56,496 nt of DNA. It comes from a virus (Duplodnaviria > Caudoviricetes). The notes under the pieces were generated by a model. The model searched no databases and was not told where the DNA came from. It was given only the letters and a program-made list of their open reading frames with translations. Below are positions 55,545-56,496 of this stretch, piece by piece. Position 1 is the first letter of the stretch, and each line of letters opens with the position of its first letter. The translations under genes and the position numbers were made by a program. The DNA lies in the IMG/VR virus record IMGVR_UViG_3300027782_000104, positions 1 to 56,496 of that record; one strand, 5' to 3'.

Positions 55545-56496
55545 TCGGTGCACTTGCTTTCGTTGTTACAGAGTTGAAACTGCGCTCAGCGCTTTTGGAT
55601 GTACTGGTAGTGATGCTTGGCAGAACATCTGCTGGCTTACGCAGTTTCTTCTGCAACGAGGCTTCGGTGAAGTTCTGAAGAGTAGTGCCTTTCAGCGATA
55701 AGCCTCCCTCGCCCGCGACGTAGTGGGAAAGGACGTTGTATTTAGTGTTGAATGTCCAGAGCTCAGTTGCACCAACAAGCTTGGATGGGTCGATAGATAC
55801 GATCTTGAGAGCCGTATCTTCTTTCTGATACTTGATCTTTGATACGACCTTATCAGCCGACTTCGGTTTAGCCACACGAGGCTTACGAGTCACAGCCTTA
55901 CGCTTATTCGATACGATAGATTCGCAATCGCTGATGATACCAGCAAACATAGCAATGCGTTCTTTAAGCTTCTTTTTTGTGAAGTGACGATAAGCATACT
56001 TGAGATCTGGGTCTTTAGTCTTTTCAGCTTCCTGTAACTCCGCGAGAGTTGGTCTGTAATAGTCAGCGATAGCCTTAGCTTGATTAGGCTTAACCTGACG
56101 AGTATCTTTAAGCCATGAGTAGAAATTCGCTGACCATTCCTCGTCTGGATTATGGTCAATCATTTCCTCGATGTCAGCAATAAGGCTATCAGCAGGATTC
56201 TTTACGAAACTGACCTTAGCCGCCGCAGCTTTCTTTTCTTCTTCGGTGATAGCGATACCAGACTCGACGAGCTTAACCAAGTGATCGTTAAGCTGCGTAC
56301 GAAGCTTTTCGTGTTCTAAGCCCATAGAAAGCATACGAGCAACCTTACACATGGTAAAGTTGAGTTTCCAGTCTACGTTCTTGCCAACCATAGTCATAGC
56401 TGCTTTGGACATACCGCTGTCAAGCATGTAGACCATGAGGTACTCGCGCGCGAACTTGGCGTCGAGGAAATAGTTGTACCAGTTATAAGCCGAGGC
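55498..56496 (-). CDS. Conserved T4-like hypothetical protein, 5' end beyond the window
   Basis: The frame is open to the window edge (ASAYNWYNYFLD...). L.SIDP...VGA..LW.FNTK, KGTTL.NF, K.LRKP, NGR.NE...ILR. Confidence 0.8.
   Translation of the reverse strand, partial: ASAYNWYNYFLDAKFAREYLMVYMLDSGMSKAAMTMVGKNVDWKLNFTMCKVARMLSMGLEHEKLRTQLNDHLVKLVESGIAITEEEKKAAAAKVSFVKNPADSLIADIEEMIDHNPDEEWSANFYSWLKDTRQVKPNQAKAIADYYRPTLAELQEAEKTKDPDLKYAYRHFTKKKLKERIAMFAGIISDCESIVSNKRKAVTRKPRVAKPKSADKVVSKIKYQKEDTALKIVSIDPSKLVGATELWTFNTKYNVLSHYVAGEGGLSLKGTTLQNFTEASLQKKLRKPADVLPSITTSTSKSAERSFNSVTTKASAPNGRVNETTVILRAVK

Overview
A 56.5 kb segment of a large T4-like myophage. The host is probably an aquatic alphaproteobacterium, inferred from the permuted two-piece tmRNA with an ANDN...ALAA tag, the alpha-like BI-1/YccA and KdsA, and a U1-A72 tRNA-Gln. 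Positions 1-29.3 kb hold the baseplate/tail module: a VrlC/DUF4815-like giant protein running off the left edge, gp8, gp7, gp6, gp25, PAAR, a gp5 split into two genes, gp27, gp53, gp48, gp4, gp2, gp54, gp26/gp51, and two long tape-measure/hub-like proteins. Positions 29.3-56.5 kb are one minus-strand block. It holds replication and transcription genes (gp32, gp59, gp33, rnh), auxiliary genes (kdsA, phoH, thyX, DenV-like, YccA, 2OG oxygenases, MazG, DUF5664-like), tRNA-Gln, tmRNA, and an early region of small genes behind consensus sigma70 promoters. The best candidate for a new system is a four-gene DNA-hypermodification operon at 47985-52185: TET/JBP dioxygenase, nucleotidyltransferase-kinase fusion, small HAD phosphatase and TET-associated glycosyltransferase. 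It appears to make its own sugar donor, and no methyltransferase is present in the window. Other notable items are a probable -1 frameshift fusing gp26 to gp51, the split gp5, the phage-borne permuted tmRNA, and a perfect antisense sigma70 promoter inside the late baseplate operon. All family calls come from motif recognition, not database searches.
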